A stretch of 64,000 nt of DNA from positions 2,853 to 66,852 of the forward strand of contig JARRKE010000006.1 of the NCBI GenBank assembly GCA_037388465.1. The letters run 5' to 3'. Origin of the DNA: Gammaproteobacteria bacterium (lineage in GTDB: Bacteria; Pseudomonadota; Gammaproteobacteria; SpSt-1174). Below the pieces are notes generated by a model that saw nothing but the letters and a program-made list of their open reading frames with translations, searched no databases and was not told the origin of the DNA. Position numbers and translations under genes: made by a program. Of this stretch, positions 28,128 through 39,086 are shown piece by piece (within the stretch, counting starts at the first letter, position 1; each line of letters opens with the position of its first letter).

Positions 28128-28976
28128 TCACGAGGCCTGGCCCAGGGTGACGCGTCCCCGGTCTTCCAGATCGGTCAGCGTGTCTACGTGCCGGTAGCCC
28201 CGGGAGGTCAGCAGGGCACGCACCGCGCCGCCCTGGTCCTGTCCATGTTCCAGCAACAGCCAGCCCCCGGGCTTGAGGCAGGTGGCGGCCTGCCCGGCAA
28301 TGCAGGTCAGGTCATCCAGTCCCTCGGGGCCGCTGATCAGTGCGTCACGCGGCTCGTAGCGTAGGTCTCCCTGTTCCAGATGCGGGTCGTGGGCGGCGAT
28401 GTAGGGTGGATTGGCCACGATCAGATCCAGGCTGTGCGCCGCGACCGGGGCCAGCCACGCCGTCTGGATGAACAGGACATTGCGTATCTCGAGGCGACGG
28501 GCGTTGGTGCAGGCCTGGCGGATGGCACCCGCGCTGCGGTCGATCGCGATGAGCAGGCCGGTCGGCCGTTCGTGGGCCAGTGCCAGCGCGACGGCGCCGG
28601 AACCGGTGCCCAGGTCGGCGATTTTCAGGGGCGAGCCGGCGGGCAGGTGCGCCAGGGCCGCTTCCACCAACAGTTCGGTATCGGGGCGGGGGATGAGCAC
28701 GTCGGGGGAAACGGCGAGGTCCAGGGACCAGAATTCCCGTTGGCCGGTCAGGTAGGCCACCGGCTCCCCGGCCGCCCGGCGCGCGAGCAGGGATTCGAAG
28801 TCAGCCAACTGTTCGGCGTCGGGGCGGAACTCGGGCCAGGCGATCAACCAGCTGCGGGGATGCAGCAGGGCGTGCGCGAGCAGCACCTCGGCGTCCAGGC
28901 GCGGGCTGGGGCTGGTGGCGAGCCGCGCCGTCGCCGCCTTGAGCAGTTCGGACACGGTGGGGCTGTCGTCGGACAT
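28128..28976 (-). CDS. prmC: Release-factor glutamine N5-methyltransferase
   Basis: DLGTGSGAVALA SAM motif and the NPPY motif. It is located after prfA. Confidence 0.9.
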   Translation of the reverse strand: MSDDSPTVSELLKAATARLATSPSPRLDAEVLLAHALLHPRSWLIAWPEFRPDAEQLADFESLLARRAAGEPVAYLTGQREFWSLDLAVSPDVLIPRPDTELLVEAALAHLPAGSPLKIADLGTGSGAVALALAHERPTGLLIAIDRSAGAIRQACTNARRLEIRNVLFIQTAWLAPVAAHSLDLIVANPPYIAAHDPHLEQGDLRYEPRDALISGPEGLDDLTCIAGQAATCLKPGGWLLLEHGQDQGGAVRALLTSRGYRHVDTLTDLEDRGRVTLGQAS

Positions 28977-28992
28977 GCGGTCGGCGGCCGGT

Positions 28993-30075
28993 TCATTCGC
29001 CGAGTTCGGCGAGCAGGTCGGCCTGATATTCCTGGATCAGCGGATCGATGACGGGGTCGAGATCACCGGCCATCACCTCGTCGAGTTTGTACAGGGTGAG
29101 ATTGATGCGGTGGTCGGTGACCCGGCCCTGCGGGAAGTTGTAGGTGCGGATGCGTTCCGAGCGGTCGCCGCTGCCGACCAGGTCCTTGCGGGTGGAGGCC
29201 TGGGCCTGGCGCTGCTGCGCGCGTTCCTGTTCCAGCAGGCGCGAGGCCAGCAGGCTCATGGCGCGCGCGCGGTTCTTGTGCTGCGAGCGCTCGTCCTGGC
29301 ATTCCACCACGATGCCGGAGGGCAGGTGGGTGAGGCGCACGGCAGAGTCGGTGCGGTTGACGTGCTGGCCGCCGGCGCCGGAGGCACGGTAGGTGTCGAC
29401 GCGCAGGTCGGCCGGGTTGATGTCCACCGATTCGATTTCCTCCACCTCGGGCAGCACCGCCACCGTGGCGGCCGAGGTGTGGATGCGTCCCTGGGATTCG
29501 GTCTCCGGCACGCGCTGCACGCGGTGCGCGCCGGACTCGAACTTGAGACGCGAGTAGGCGCCCTGGCCCTTGATGCGCACGACGATCTCCTTGTAGCCGC
29601 CGTGTTCACCCTCGTGTTCGCTCAGCACCTCGGTCTGCCAGCCGAGCCGTTCGGCATAGCGGGCATACATGCGGTAGAGATCGCCGGCGAACAGAGCGGC
29701 CTCGTCGCCGCCGGTGCCGGCACGGATCTCCAGAAAGACGTTGCCCTCGTCGTGCGGATCCCTGGGGATCAGCAGCAGTTGCAGCGTGTGCTCCTGGGTT
29801 TCCAGCCGGCTGTTGGCCTCTTCCAGTTCCTCGCGGGCGAGTTCGCGCAGTTCGGCTTCGCTTTCGCCCAGCATCTCGCGGGCATGGGCGATCGCCTCGA
29901 CGGTCTGCTGATATTGCCGGTAGCCGGTGACCACCGGCTCCAGCTGGCTGTATTCCTTGGACAGGGCGCGAAAGCGGTCGCTGTCGCCGATCACGTCCGG
30001 GTCGGCGAGCAGGGCGGCAATCTCGGCATGCCGCTCGCACAGGGCGGCAAGCTTTTGTTCCAGCGAGGCCTTCAT
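28993..30075 (-). CDS. prfA: Peptide chain release factor 1
   Basis: 360 aa starting at MKASLEQKL (ATG 30075). GGQ motif (SGAGGQHVN) and PET tripeptide. The 717-aa track ORF is an upstream open-frame extension. Confidence 0.95.
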   Translation of the reverse strand: MKASLEQKLAALCERHAEIAALLADPDVIGDSDRFRALSKEYSQLEPVVTGYRQYQQTVEAIAHAREMLGESEAELRELAREELEEANSRLETQEHTLQLLLIPRDPHDEGNVFLEIRAGTGGDEAALFAGDLYRMYARYAERLGWQTEVLSEHEGEHGGYKEIVVRIKGQGAYSRLKFESGAHRVQRVPETESQGRIHTSAATVAVLPEVEEIESVDINPADLRVDTYRASGAGGQHVNRTDSAVRLTHLPSGIVVECQDERSQHKNRARAMSLLASRLLEQERAQQRQAQASTRKDLVGSGDRSERIRTYNFPQGRVTDHRINLTLYKLDEVMAGDLDPVIDPLIQEYQADLLAELGE

Positions 30076-31355
30076 CAGGGTTTGTCGGCGTCGTCGGGGC
30101 CGTCGGAGATGCCCAGCAGCACCTGGGCGGCGTCGAGCAGTTCGTCGCGTCCTTCCCGGGCCGCCATGTTCAGGGCCTGGGTGGGATTGTGCAGCAGCTT
30201 GTTGGTGAGGGTATGGGCCAGATATTCCAGCGCGGCCTGCGGGTCCTTGTGCTGGGCCAGCATGCGTTGCGCCTTCTCCAGCACCTCGTTCTGTACGGCG
30301 TGGGCGTGTTCGCGGTAGTCGCGAATGGTGTGTACGGCGTCCTGCACGCGCAGCCAGCCCATGAATTCCTCGACCTGGATGTCGATGATCTCTTCGGCCT
30401 GGTGGGCGGCCTCCTGGCGCGAGCGCTGGTTGCTCTCGATGACGCTTTCCAGGTCGTCCACCGAGTACAGGTAGACGTCCTGCAGTTCGTTGACCTCGGG
30501 TTCGATGTCGCGCGGTACCGCGATGTCGACCATCAGCATGGGGCGGTGCTTGCGGATCTTGAGCGCGCGCTCCACCGCACCCTTGCCCAGCACGGGCAGC
30601 GGCGAAGCGGTGGAGGAGATCACGATATCCGCCTCGGGCAGGCGTTCGGCAATGTCGGTGAGGGCGATGCCCTCGCCCTCCAGGCCTTCGGCCAGGACCT
30701 GGGCGCGTTCGATACTGCGGTTGGCGATGATCAGCCGGCCGATGCCCTGGCCGTGCAGGTGGCGGGCCGCCAGTTCGATGGTCTCGCCCGCGCCGATCAT
30801 CAGGGCGGTTTGTTCGCGCAGGTCCGCGAAGATCTGTTTGGCCAGGTTCACCGCGGCGAAGGCCACGGATACCGGGCTGGCGCCGATGGCGGTTTCGGTG
30901 CGTACCTGTTTGGCGGCGGCGAAGGCGTGCTGGAACAATCGCCCCAGTTGCCGGCCCAGGGTGCCGGCGTGGTGCGCGCTGCGATAGGCATCCTTGAGCT
31001 GGCCCAGGATCTGCGGCTCGCCGAGCACCATCGAGTCCAGGCCGCTGGCCACCCGCAGGGTGTGACGCACCGCCTCCTGGTCGAGATGCCGGTACATGTA
31101 GGGCAGGAAGTCGGCCATGGGGAACTGGTGGACGCGCCCCAGCCATTCGAGGATTTCCTCCTCCTGCTCGGCCGTATGCAGCAGGGTGTAGATTTCGGTG
31201 CGGTTGCAGGTGGACAGGATGGCCGCTTCCTCGACCCCCGTTGCGATCAGCATGTCGCGCAGCGCCTGCTCCAGGGTTTCACCGGAAAACACCATGCGCT
31301 CGCGCACCGCGACGGGTGCGCTGCGATGGTTGATCCCTAGGGTGAACAGAGACAT
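30075..31355 (-). CDS. hemA: Glutamyl-tRNA reductase
   Basis: [19 protein letters not shown]...STCNRTE motif. Its stop overlaps the prfA ATG (TGATG). Confidence 0.95.
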   Translation of the reverse strand: MSLFTLGINHRSAPVAVRERMVFSGETLEQALRDMLIATGVEEAAILSTCNRTEIYTLLHTAEQEEEILEWLGRVHQFPMADFLPYMYRHLDQEAVRHTLRVASGLDSMVLGEPQILGQLKDAYRSAHHAGTLGRQLGRLFQHAFAAAKQVRTETAIGASPVSVAFAAVNLAKQIFADLREQTALMIGAGETIELAARHLHGQGIGRLIIANRSIERAQVLAEGLEGEGIALTDIAERLPEADIVISSTASPLPVLGKGAVERALKIRKHRPMLMVDIAVPRDIEPEVNELQDVYLYSVDDLESVIESNQRSRQEAAHQAEEIIDIQVEEFMGWLRVQDAVHTIRDYREHAHAVQNEVLEKAQRMLAQHKDPQAALEYLAHTLTNKLLHNPTQALNMAAREGRDELLDAAQVLLGISDGPDDADKP

Positions 31356-31546
31356 GGGCGTAATTCTAAGACGCGCGGCCAGGTAAACAGTAAATTTTCG
31401 GCGATGGCCCTTTGGAATACAAGCTGAGGGCGAGGCACGGTTGATTGTTAGAAGCAGGGCGGGGGGTTATTAGTTCCCGATATCCCGGGGACAGCCCGGC
31501 CTGATTCAAGGTATAGTGAGAAAATGAATTTCTTAGGGATGATCGC

Positions 31547-33271
31547 ATGCGATTCCGTGCGCTGATCGCGATTCTCGGCCTGACCGGGCTGGTCGGCGGC
31601 TGTGCCACCACGCCCACTCCCCCCACCACGATGCCGCCGTCCGCGGAGACCGCCGCGCCCGCCGAGGTGGTGCGCTCGGATCAGCGTGCCGATGTTTTGT
31701 ACAACATCCTGGCCGGCGAAATGGCCGGTCAGACGGGGCAGATCGATCAGGCGCTGGAGTATTACCTCAAGGCGGCCGACTCCAGCGGTGATCCGGTGCT
31801 GGCCGAACGCGCCACGCGCATCGCGATCTTCGCCCGGCACGAACAGGAGGCGCTGCGGGCCGCCCGGCGCTGGGCCGAGTTGGCGCCGGACAATCTGCAG
31901 GCGCAGCAGACGGTGGCCGTATTGCTGGTGCGGACGGGCAAGACCCACGAGGCGCTGTCCTGGTTCGAAAAAATCCTCAACACGCCGGGGCAGTCCGAAA
32001 AGGACGGTTATGCCCTGATCTACGAACTGCTGAGCAACGAAAAGGACAGTGCCAACGCATCGGTGGCCGCCACCGAGCTCGCGGCGGCGCATCCCAAATC
32101 CGCCTACGCACAGCTCATGGCGGCGCGGGTGCAACTGGACGCCGGCGCGGACCAGGATGCCCTGAAGCACGTGCAGGCGGCGCTCGACCTGAAGCCGGAC
32201 CTGCTCGATGCCCTCATCCTGCGCGCCCGGATCTACGTCGAGCTGGGACAGGTCGATCGCGGCATCCGCGAACTCAAGGCGCTGGTCCAGCGCCATCCCC
32301 GCGATTTTCACGTGCGGGTGAGCTACGCGCGGGTGCTGCTGTCCGCCAAGCGGTATACCGCGGCGGAGCGGGAGTTCGCCGAGGCGCTGAAGATGCGTCC
32401 CAAGGACGGCAACCTGCTGCTGACGCTCGGGCTGTTGAACATGGAGCGCAAGCATTACAAGTTGGCCGAGGGCTATCTCAAGCGTCTGGTGCGCGTGGGC
32501 GACAGCCACGTTACCGTCGCGACCTATTATCTGGGACGCATCGCCGAAAAGCAGGGTAAAGCAGAACAGGCCATCGCCTATTACTACAAGGTGGTGGACG
32601 GCAAGTACTTCCTGGACGCGCAGCTGCGCATCGCGGGGCTGCTGGCCAAGCTCGGGCGCATCGAGCAGGCCCGCGCCACCCTGGCACGGCTGCGCTCGCT
32701 GAGCGCCAATTCCGAGATCCAGGTCCGCCTGTATCTCGCGGAGGGCCAGTTGCTGCGCGAGGCAGGCGACTATCAGGCCGGCATGGAGCTGTTCGACGAG
32801 GCGCTCAGGCAGTTTCCCGACAACAACGATCTGCTGTATGCGCGTGCGCTGATGGCGGAAAAACTGGGGCGCATCGACTGGCTGGAACGCGACCTGCGCA
32901 GCATCCTCAAGCGCGAGCCCGACAACGCCACCGCTCTGAATGCACTGGGCTACACCCTGGCCGACCGTACCGACCGCTACCGGGAGGCGTACAAGTACAT
33001 CAGCCGTGCTCTGGAACTGCGCCCCAACGACCCGGCCATTCTCGACAGCATGGGCTGGGTGCAGTACCGGCTCGGACACCTCGAAAAAGCGGAAAAGGAC
33101 CTGCGCAAGGCCTACGGCATGTTCGACAATCCCGAGGTGGCCGCACATCTGGTCGAGGTCCTGCACGCACAAGGCAAACGCACGGAAGCGCGCAAGCTGC
33201 TCAATCAGGCCCTGGCCAAAACCCCTGACGACCACGATCTGCGCCGACTCAAAAAAGCGCTCGGTTTGTGA
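31547..33271 (+). CDS. TPR-repeat lipoprotein (conserved partner upstream of lolB)
   Basis: Lipobox LVGGC and many TPR units. It occupies the same position as the TPR gene upstream of lolB-ispE-prs in Pseudomonas. Confidence 0.8.
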   Translation: MRFRALIAILGLTGLVGGCATTPTPPTTMPPSAETAAPAEVVRSDQRADVLYNILAGEMAGQTGQIDQALEYYLKAADSSGDPVLAERATRIAIFARHEQEALRAARRWAELAPDNLQAQQTVAVLLVRTGKTHEALSWFEKILNTPGQSEKDGYALIYELLSNEKDSANASVAATELAAAHPKSAYAQLMAARVQLDAGADQDALKHVQAALDLKPDLLDALILRARIYVELGQVDRGIRELKALVQRHPRDFHVRVSYARVLLSAKRYTAAEREFAEALKMRPKDGNLLLTLGLLNMERKHYKLAEGYLKRLVRVGDSHVTVATYYLGRIAEKQGKAEQAIAYYYKVVDGKYFLDAQLRIAGLLAKLGRIEQARATLARLRSLSANSEIQVRLYLAEGQLLREAGDYQAGMELFDEALRQFPDNNDLLYARALMAEKLGRIDWLERDLRSILKREPDNATALNALGYTLADRTDRYREAYKYISRALELRPNDPAILDSMGWVQYRLGHLEKAEKDLRKAYGMFDNPEVAAHLVEVLHAQGKRTEARKLLNQALAKTPDDHDLRRLKKALGL

Positions 33272-33870
33272 TGCGTTTCGCGTGGCTTCTCCTGGCCCTG
33301 ATGCTGGGCGGCTGTGCCAGTCTGCCGCCCGACAGGGCCGTGCAGCATGCCGACTGGACCATGCGCGTCGCCCACCTGCAGAGCGCCGCGGACTGGCGCC
33401 TCGACGGGCGCGTCGCCGTACGGGTGGACGGCAAGGGCTGGCAGGCGAGTCTGCGCTGGCAGCAGCGACCGGCCGGCTACGAGATCGATATCTACGGGCC
33501 GCTGGGACGCATTCTCGCCCGCCTGCGCGGTAATCCCCGGACCGTCGTGCTGCAGACCGCCCGCGGCGAGCGCTATCAGGCTGCCGATCCCGAACGGCTT
33601 ATGAATCAGGCCCTGGGCTGGCAGTTGCCGGTGCAGGGCATGCGCTACTGGCTGCTGGGCGTGCCGGTGCCGGGCGAGGCGACCGAGGGGCTGGCGCTGG
33701 ATGCCGACGGACGCGCCCAGACCTTCCGGCAGGCAGGGTGGACAGTCACATACGATAATTACCTGGGCGGTCCCGCCGACCGGTCCCTGCCGCAGCGCGT
33801 GACGCTGGTGCGCCCGGGGGTGCGGGTCAGGCTGGTGGTCGATTCCTGGGACCTGGGCCATGCCGGCTGA
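33268..33870 (+). CDS. lolB: Outer-membrane lipoprotein receptor LolB
   Basis: Lipobox LGGC, 200 aa. It sits in lolB-ispE-prs synteny with an ATGA overlap to the TPR gene. Confidence 0.85.
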   Translation: MMRFAWLLLALMLGGCASLPPDRAVQHADWTMRVAHLQSAADWRLDGRVAVRVDGKGWQASLRWQQRPAGYEIDIYGPLGRILARLRGNPRTVVLQTARGERYQAADPERLMNQALGWQLPVQGMRYWLLGVPVPGEATEGLALDADGRAQTFRQAGWTVTYDNYLGGPADRSLPQRVTLVRPGVRVRLVVDSWDLGHAG

Positions 33871-34708
33871 CGCCGCCTGGCCGGCGCCGGCCAAGCTGAA
33901 CCTCTTCTTGCACATCGTCGGGCGTCGCGACGACGGCTATCACCTGCTGCAGACGGTTTTCCAGTTCCTGGACCGGGGCGACAGCCTGTTCTTTACCCCG
34001 CGTGCGGACGGTGCGATCAGGCGCAGCGAGGGGCCGGCTGATGTGCCGCAGGATCAGGACCTCTGCGTGCGCGCGGCCCGTGCCCTGCAGGCGGCCGCCG
34101 GCGTGACGCAGGGCGTGGACATCCGCCTGGAAAAGCACCTGCCCATGGGCGGGGGGCTGGGCGGCGGCAGCTCCGATGCCGCCACCACGCTGGTGGCGCT
34201 CAACCGCCTGTGGCGCTGTGGCCTGTCGCCGGAGGCTTTGGCGCAAATCGGACTGACCCTGGGGGCCGACGTGCCGGTCTTCGTGCACGGCCAGGCCGCC
34301 TGGGCGGAAGGGGTGGGTGAACGGCTTACGCCGGTCCAATTGCCCGAGCCCTGGTACGTGGTGCTCTGCCCGCCGGTGCACGTCGCGACCGGGGCGTTAT
34401 TCCAAGCCCCGGAATTGACACGCAATTGCCCGCCGCTCACAATACGCGACTTTTCGTCGGGGGCGGGCGACAACGTCTTCGAGCCGGTCGTGCGGGCGCG
34501 CTATCCTGAAGTCGACGCCGCACTGAACGCGCTCGGGACCCATGCGCCGACACGCCTGACGGGCAGTGGCGGTTGTTTGTTCGCAGCCTTCCCCGACCGG
34601 GATGCTGCGCAGGCCGCACATGAGGCGCTGGCGGGGCGCTGGCCCGGATTTGTGGCGCGCGGGCGCAACCGTTCCATACTCCTGGACAGGTTGTCCGAGG
34701 AAGATTGA
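33860..34708 (+). CDS. ispE: 4-diphosphocytidyl-2-C-methyl-D-erythritol kinase
   Basis: APAKLNLFLHI... and the GHMP kinase motif PMGGGLGGGSSDAA. Confidence 0.95.
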   Translation: MPADAAWPAPAKLNLFLHIVGRRDDGYHLLQTVFQFLDRGDSLFFTPRADGAIRRSEGPADVPQDQDLCVRAARALQAAAGVTQGVDIRLEKHLPMGGGLGGGSSDAATTLVALNRLWRCGLSPEALAQIGLTLGADVPVFVHGQAAWAEGVGERLTPVQLPEPWYVVLCPPVHVATGALFQAPELTRNCPPLTIRDFSSGAGDNVFEPVVRARYPEVDAALNALGTHAPTRLTGSGGCLFAAFPDRDAAQAAHEALAGRWPGFVARGRNRSILLDRLSEED

Positions 34709-34724
34709 GCGCTCAACACTCTAC

Positions 34725-34799
34725 TGGGCCGTCGCCAAGCGGTAAGGCAACGGGTTTTGATCCCGTCATTCCCAGGTTCGAATCCTGGCGGCCCAGCCA
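34725..34799 (+). tRNA. tRNA-Gln (anticodon UUG)
   Basis: 75 nt. The 7-bp acceptor stem pairs TGGGCCG with CGGCCCA. The anticodon loop is TTTTGAT. TPsiC arm GGTTCGAATCC and an encoded CCA are present. Confidence 0.9.
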
Positions 34800-34824
34800 T
34801 ATTCGTTAAGCAGCGGGAAAAGTG

Positions 34825-35784
34825 ATGGTGTCCGAAAGCAGCCGCATGATGGTATTCGCCGGGAATGCGAACCTCCAGCTCGCCCAGGATGTAGTTGCGC
34901 ATCTCAATATCCCGCTGGGCAAGGCGCTGGTCAGCGAGTTCAGCGATGGCGAGATCCAGGTGGAAATCCTGGAGAACGTGCGGGGCCGGGACGTCTTCCT
35001 GGTCCAGCCGACCTGTGTGCCGACCAACCACAACATCATGGAACTGCTGATCATGGTGGATGCGCTGCGCCGCGCTTCGGCTGCGCGCATCACGGCCGTG
35101 ATCCCCTATTTCGGCTATGCCCGGCAGGACCGCCGGGTGCGTTCCGCCCGGGTGCCGATTTCGGCCAAGGTGGTCGCGAATCTGCTGACCAGCATCGGCG
35201 TGAACCGGGTGCTCACCGTCGATCTGCATGCGGACCAGGTGCAGGGCTTTTTCGACATCCCGGTCGATAACGTCTATGCCTCGCCGGTCCTGCTGGGCGA
35301 CATCTGGCGGCAGAAGCATCCGAACCTGATCGTGGTGTCGCCGGACGTCGGCGGCGTGGTGCGCGCCCGCGCGCTCGCCAAGCGCCTGGACGACGCCGAA
35401 CTGGCCATTATCGACAAGCGCCGCCCCAAGCCCAACGAGGCGCGGGTGATGCACATCATCGGTGAGGTGGAAGGCAAGACCTGCATCATCATCGATGACC
35501 TGGTGGATACCGCCGGCACCCTGTGCCAGGCCGCCAAGGCGCTCAAGGAGCACGGCGCGGCGCGGGTGGTGGCGTATGCCACGCACGCGGTATTGTCCGG
35601 GCCGGCGATCAAGAATATCGACTCGTCCTCGCTCGACGAGCTGGTGGTGACCGACACCATTCCGCTGCGTCCCGAGGCGGCCGCCTGCGATCGCATCCGC
35701 CAGTTGAGCGTGGCCGGCATGCTGGCCGAGACCATCCGGCGCGTGAATCGCGAGGAGTCGGTCAGCACCTTGTTTATGGACTAG
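34825..35784 (+). CDS. prs: Ribose-phosphate pyrophosphokinase
   Basis: [13 protein letters not shown]..., HADQVQGFF and the PRPP-binding DDLVDTAGT loop. The start is ambiguous (34822, 34825 or 34846). Confidence 0.95.
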   Translation: MVSESSRMMVFAGNANLQLAQDVVAHLNIPLGKALVSEFSDGEIQVEILENVRGRDVFLVQPTCVPTNHNIMELLIMVDALRRASAARITAVIPYFGYARQDRRVRSARVPISAKVVANLLTSIGVNRVLTVDLHADQVQGFFDIPVDNVYASPVLLGDIWRQKHPNLIVVSPDVGGVVRARALAKRLDDAELAIIDKRRPKPNEARVMHIIGEVEGKTCIIIDDLVDTAGTLCQAAKALKEHGAARVVAYATHAVLSGPAIKNIDSSSLDELVVTDTIPLRPEAAACDRIRQLSVAGMLAETIRRVNREESVSTLFMD

Positions 35785-35922
35785 CCGCGAGGCGCGGCCG
35801 GTCACAACGGATTCGGGTATGGACCTGCGGGGCCATAGTCGGGAAATGCCTCCCCTGGTCGCGGGGGAGGCGGGTCGTCCTGTGAGGCGGCCGTTTTATC
35901 AACCCTTAGGAGCAGTAAAAAC

Positions 35923-36576
35923 ATGAGCAATGAATTCATCATCAACGCCCAGCCGCGTGACGACCAGGGGAAAGGTGCGAGCCGCCGCCTGCGTCGCGAA
36001 GGGCTCGTGCCCGGCATCCTGTACGGCGCCGGCAAGGAACCCACGCCGATCGCCGTCGCGCAGAACGAGCTGGCCCACCAGCTGGAAAACGACGCCTTTT
36101 ACTCGCACATTCTGACGGTGAAGATCGGCAAGGCCACCGAAAAGGCCGTGCTGCGCGATCTGCAGCGCCATCCCTCGCATCCGACCATCCTGCACTTCGA
36201 CCTGCAGCGCGTGAGCGAGGATTCGGCCGTGCGCGTGCACGTTCCTCTGCACTTCATCAACGAGGATAAGGCCCCCGGCGTCAAGCAGCAGGGCGGTGTG
36301 GTCTCCCACCATCTGGTGGAGGTCGAGATCGCCTCTCTGCCCAAGGACCTGCCGGAGTCCATCGAGGTCGATCTCGGCGGTCTCAACGTCGGCGATGCGA
36401 TCCATCTGTCCGAGCTCAAGCTGCCCAAGGGCGTGGAGATCGTGGAGCTGAGCCATGGCGATGAACACGACAACGCCGTGGTCTCCATTCATCATGCACG
36501 CGTGACGGCGGCCGAAGAGCCCGAGGCGGGCGAAGCCGCAGCCGAGGGTGAGGAGCCCGCCGGCGAGTCCGAATAA
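35923..36576 (+). CDS. rplY: 50S ribosomal protein L25 / general stress protein Ctc
   Basis: 217 aa. The ...[15 protein letters not shown]... N-terminus and an acidic C-terminal tail are present. Confidence 0.9.
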   Translation: MSNEFIINAQPRDDQGKGASRRLRREGLVPGILYGAGKEPTPIAVAQNELAHQLENDAFYSHILTVKIGKATEKAVLRDLQRHPSHPTILHFDLQRVSEDSAVRVHVPLHFINEDKAPGVKQQGGVVSHHLVEVEIASLPKDLPESIEVDLGGLNVGDAIHLSELKLPKGVEIVELSHGDEHDNAVVSIHHARVTAAEEPEAGEAAAEGEEPAGESE

Positions 36577-36593
36577 GCAGGCAGGCGCCTGCC

Positions 36594-37169
36594 ATGACAC
36601 AGGCCTTGCAGCTCATCGCGGGGCTGGGTAATCCCGGCCCCGAATACGACCAGACCCGGCATAACGCCGGGTTCTGGTTTTTGGACGAGCTGGCGCGTCG
36701 CCACGGCGGACACTTTCGCACCGAGGCCCGTTTCACCGGCGAGGTCTGCCGGGTGGTCATCGACGGCCATCAGGTCTGGCTGCTCAAGCCCATGACCTAC
36801 ATGAATCGCAGCGGCCAGTCGCTGCGCCATTTCGCCGCCTTCTACAAAATCCCCCCCGAACAAATCCTGGTTGCGCACGACGAGATCGATCTGCCGCCGG
36901 GGACGACCCGCTTCAAGCGGGGCGGCGGCCACGGCGGGCACAACGGTCTGCGCGACATCATCGCGCAGCTGGGCAAGGAGTTCTGGCGTTTGCGGCTGGG
37001 CGTCGGCCACCCCGGGCATCGCGAGCAGGTGGTGGACTACGTGCTCTCGCGTCCCAGCAAGGCGGACCGGGAGTTGATCGAAGCCGACATCGCGCGCGCC
37101 GCCGATCTGGTGGACGGCATGATCCGCGGCGATTTCGAGCGCGCCATGCACAGCCTGCACACGGCCTGA
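36594..37169 (+). CDS. pth: Peptidyl-tRNA hydrolase
   Basis: LIAGLGNPGPEYDQTRHNAGF and GHGGHNGLRDI motifs. Confidence 0.95.
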   Translation: MTQALQLIAGLGNPGPEYDQTRHNAGFWFLDELARRHGGHFRTEARFTGEVCRVVIDGHQVWLLKPMTYMNRSGQSLRHFAAFYKIPPEQILVAHDEIDLPPGTTRFKRGGGHGGHNGLRDIIAQLGKEFWRLRLGVGHPGHREQVVDYVLSRPSKADRELIEADIARAADLVDGMIRGDFERAMHSLHTA

Positions 37170-37211
37170 ACCTTTATCTTCGATTTCGTTTCCTGACGGA
37201 CGGCAACACTC

Positions 37212-38303
37212 ATGGGATTTACATGCGGTATCGTCGGTTTGCCCAATGTGGGCAAGTCCACCCTGTTCAACGCGCTGACCCGCGCCGGCATCCAGGCCGA
37301 GAACTACCCGTTCTGTACCATCGAACCGAACGTCGGCGTGGTGCCCGTGCCCGACCCGCGCCTCGACCGGCTCGCCGAGATCGTGCATCCCGAGCGGGTG
37401 CTGCCCACCACCATGGAGTTCGTCGATATCGCCGGCCTGGTGGCCGGGGCCTCCAAGGGTGAAGGGCTGGGCAACCAGTTCCTGGCCCATATCCGGGAAA
37501 CGGATGCCATCGCGCATGTGGTGCGCTGTTTCGAAAGCGGCGACGTGGTGCACGTCGCCGGCAAGGTCGACCCGATCTCGGACATCGAGACCATCGACAC
37601 CGAACTGGTGCTGGCCGATCTTGAGACGGCCGAAAAGGCGCTCAACCGCGTCAGCCGCGGCGCCAAGTCGGGCGACAAGGAACTGCTGGTTCAGAAGGCC
37701 CTGATCGAGCGGCTGGTCGAGCATCTCGGCGCCGGCAGGCCGGCGCGCAGTTTTGCGATCGACAAGGAACAGGCGCCGCTGCTGCGCGAGCTGCACCTCA
37801 TCACCCGCAAGCCGCTCATGTACATCGCCAACGTGGCCGAGGACGGTTTCGAGAACAATCCCTACCTGGATGCCGTGCGCGCCCGTGCCGCCGAGGAGGG
37901 CGCGGAAGTGGTGCCGGTATGCGCCGCCATCGAGGCCGAGATCAGCGAACTGGACGACGCCGACAAGGGCGAGTTCCTCGAATCCATGGGGCTGGATGAA
38001 CCGGGCCTGAACCGCGTGATCCGCGCGGGCTACCACCTGCTGCATCTGCAGACCTTCTTCACCGCCGGCAAGAAGGAGGTGCGCGCCTGGACCATCCGCC
38101 AGGGGGCGACCGCGCCGCAGGCGGCCGGGCGCATCCATACCGATTTCGAAAAGGGCTTCATCCGCGCCGAGGTCATCGCCTACGAGGACTTCGTCGCCCA
38201 CGGTGGCGAACAGGGCGCCAAGGATGCCGGGCGCTGGCGCCTGGAGGGCAAGGACTACGTCATGCATGAGGGTGACGTGGTGCACTTCCGGTTCAACGTT
38301 TAA
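37212..38303 (+). CDS. ychF: Ribosome-binding ATPase YchF
   Basis: [19 protein letters not shown]-loop, 363 aa, TGS-like C-terminus. Confidence 0.95.
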   Translation: MGFTCGIVGLPNVGKSTLFNALTRAGIQAENYPFCTIEPNVGVVPVPDPRLDRLAEIVHPERVLPTTMEFVDIAGLVAGASKGEGLGNQFLAHIRETDAIAHVVRCFESGDVVHVAGKVDPISDIETIDTELVLADLETAEKALNRVSRGAKSGDKELLVQKALIERLVEHLGAGRPARSFAIDKEQAPLLRELHLITRKPLMYIANVAEDGFENNPYLDAVRARAAEEGAEVVPVCAAIEAEISELDDADKGEFLESMGLDEPGLNRVIRAGYHLLHLQTFFTAGKKEVRAWTIRQGATAPQAAGRIHTDFEKGFIRAEVIAYEDFVAHGGEQGAKDAGRWRLEGKDYVMHEGDVVHFRFNV

Positions 38304-38445
38304 CAGGCTGTTTTTGTCTACTCATGCGGCCCGATGGGGCGTCAAAATCAGGCTCAAAATGCTCGTTTACACATCAAGTAAACTGCGCTTCCTCGCCCGA
38401 TTTTTCCTTCTCTCGCACTCGCCTGAGCGACAACAACAACCTGTT
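38302..38445. repeat. ~145-nt element bounded by 17-nt imperfect terminal inverted repeats
   Basis: AACAGGCTGTTTTTGTC (38302..38318) pairs with GACAACAACAACCTGTT (38429..38445), matching 15 of 17 as a reverse complement. The interior has nested arms AAAATCAGGC/GCCCGATTTT and GTTTAC/GTAAAC. Confidence 0.6.
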
Positions 38446-38517
38446 AGGCCCATGGTGGCGGGGTGCAAATTGACGCTGGCGCGCGGTTACGGTATCTTTC
38501 GCGCCCTTCAGCAGCGT

Positions 38518-38594
38518 GGCTATGTAGCTCAGCTGGTTAGAGCACATCACTCATAATGATGGGGTCCCCTGTTCGAATCAGGGCATAGCCACCA
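38518..38594 (+). tRNA. tRNA-Met (elongator type, anticodon CAU)
   Basis: 77 nt. It is nearly identical in pattern to E. coli metT (GGCTAxGTAGCTCAG..GGTTAGAGCACATCACTCATAATGATGGGGTC...). No GGG/CCC initiator anticodon stem. CCA is encoded. Confidence 0.9.
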
Positions 38595-38746
38595 CCTTTT
38601 TTCCCTCTCCCCAACCCCCGCGAATCGAGGCGTCGGGCCGTGGCATATCGGTCCGGGAAGCGGTATTGCGGGCGGATTCAAGGCGCGTATCGCACCCGAT
38701 CAAGAGACGTTGTTGGCCGCGGAACGGCCGTGACGACCGTGTGCGC

Positions 38747-39028
38747 TCAGTCGGCGTCTTTCTCGTCGCGCGTGCGGCGGCGCGGGGTGGTCTTTGGATC
38801 GGCGGTGATGGGGCGGTAGATCTCGACCCGGTCGCCGGGTTTCACCTCGGCGTCCAGCTTGGCGACCTTGCCGAAGATCCCCACCTTCTGGGCGTCGAGA
38901 TCGATTTCCGGGAAGCGCTCGAGCAGGCCGGAGCGCTGGATCACCTCCGCCACCGTGGTGCCCTCGGGCACCTCCACCGGCAGCCAGACCTGTTGTTCGG
39001 CAGCGCCATAGGCAATGCTTACCTGCAT
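38747..39028 (-). CDS. rnfH: RnfH-family ubiquitin-like protein
   Basis: 93 aa. The ...GIFGKVAKLD..L..GDRVEIYRPI pattern is present, and it lies downstream of rnfE. Confidence 0.85.
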   Translation of the reverse strand: MQVSIAYGAAEQQVWLPVEVPEGTTVAEVIQRSGLLERFPEIDLDAQKVGIFGKVAKLDAEVKPGDRVEIYRPITADPKTTPRRRTRDEKDAD

Positions 39029-39086
39029 GGAAGTCTCCTTGAGCGCTTCAAACCCATGGGTATCACCCTATGCCGGAATGGCTGTC

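Noticed and set aside
28993-31146. 717-aa ORF suggesting a giant prfA-containing protein.
   Set aside because: Only the last 360 aa (from MKASLEQKL at 30075) match RF1. The upstream part is Arg/Pro-rich out-of-frame read-through of hemA, which is clearly coded in another frame (30075..31355).
31448-33235. 595-aa minus-strand ORF opposite the TPR lipoprotein gene. The same applies to 36492..38285, 44378..46057, 46425..47645, 47741..49225 and 60550..61572, which lie opposite pth/ychF, nifL, nifA, nifB and nifE.
   Set aside because: All are antisense to genes with strong family signatures and lack start context or motifs, so they are high-GC shadow ORFs.
38203-38556. 117-aa ORF spanning the ychF 3' end, the inverted-repeat element and the 5' half of tRNA-Met.
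   Set aside because: It overlaps a bona fide tRNA and the end of ychF in another frame. It has no RBS and an implausible sequence.
38518-38594. Whether the CAU tRNA is an initiator tRNA-fMet or a lysidine-modified tRNA-Ile2.
   Set aside because: The anticodon stem lacks the three consecutive G-C pairs of initiators, and the 1-72 position is paired. The sequence follows E. coli elongator metT almost base for base. Ile2 identity cannot be fully excluded without TilS determinant analysis.
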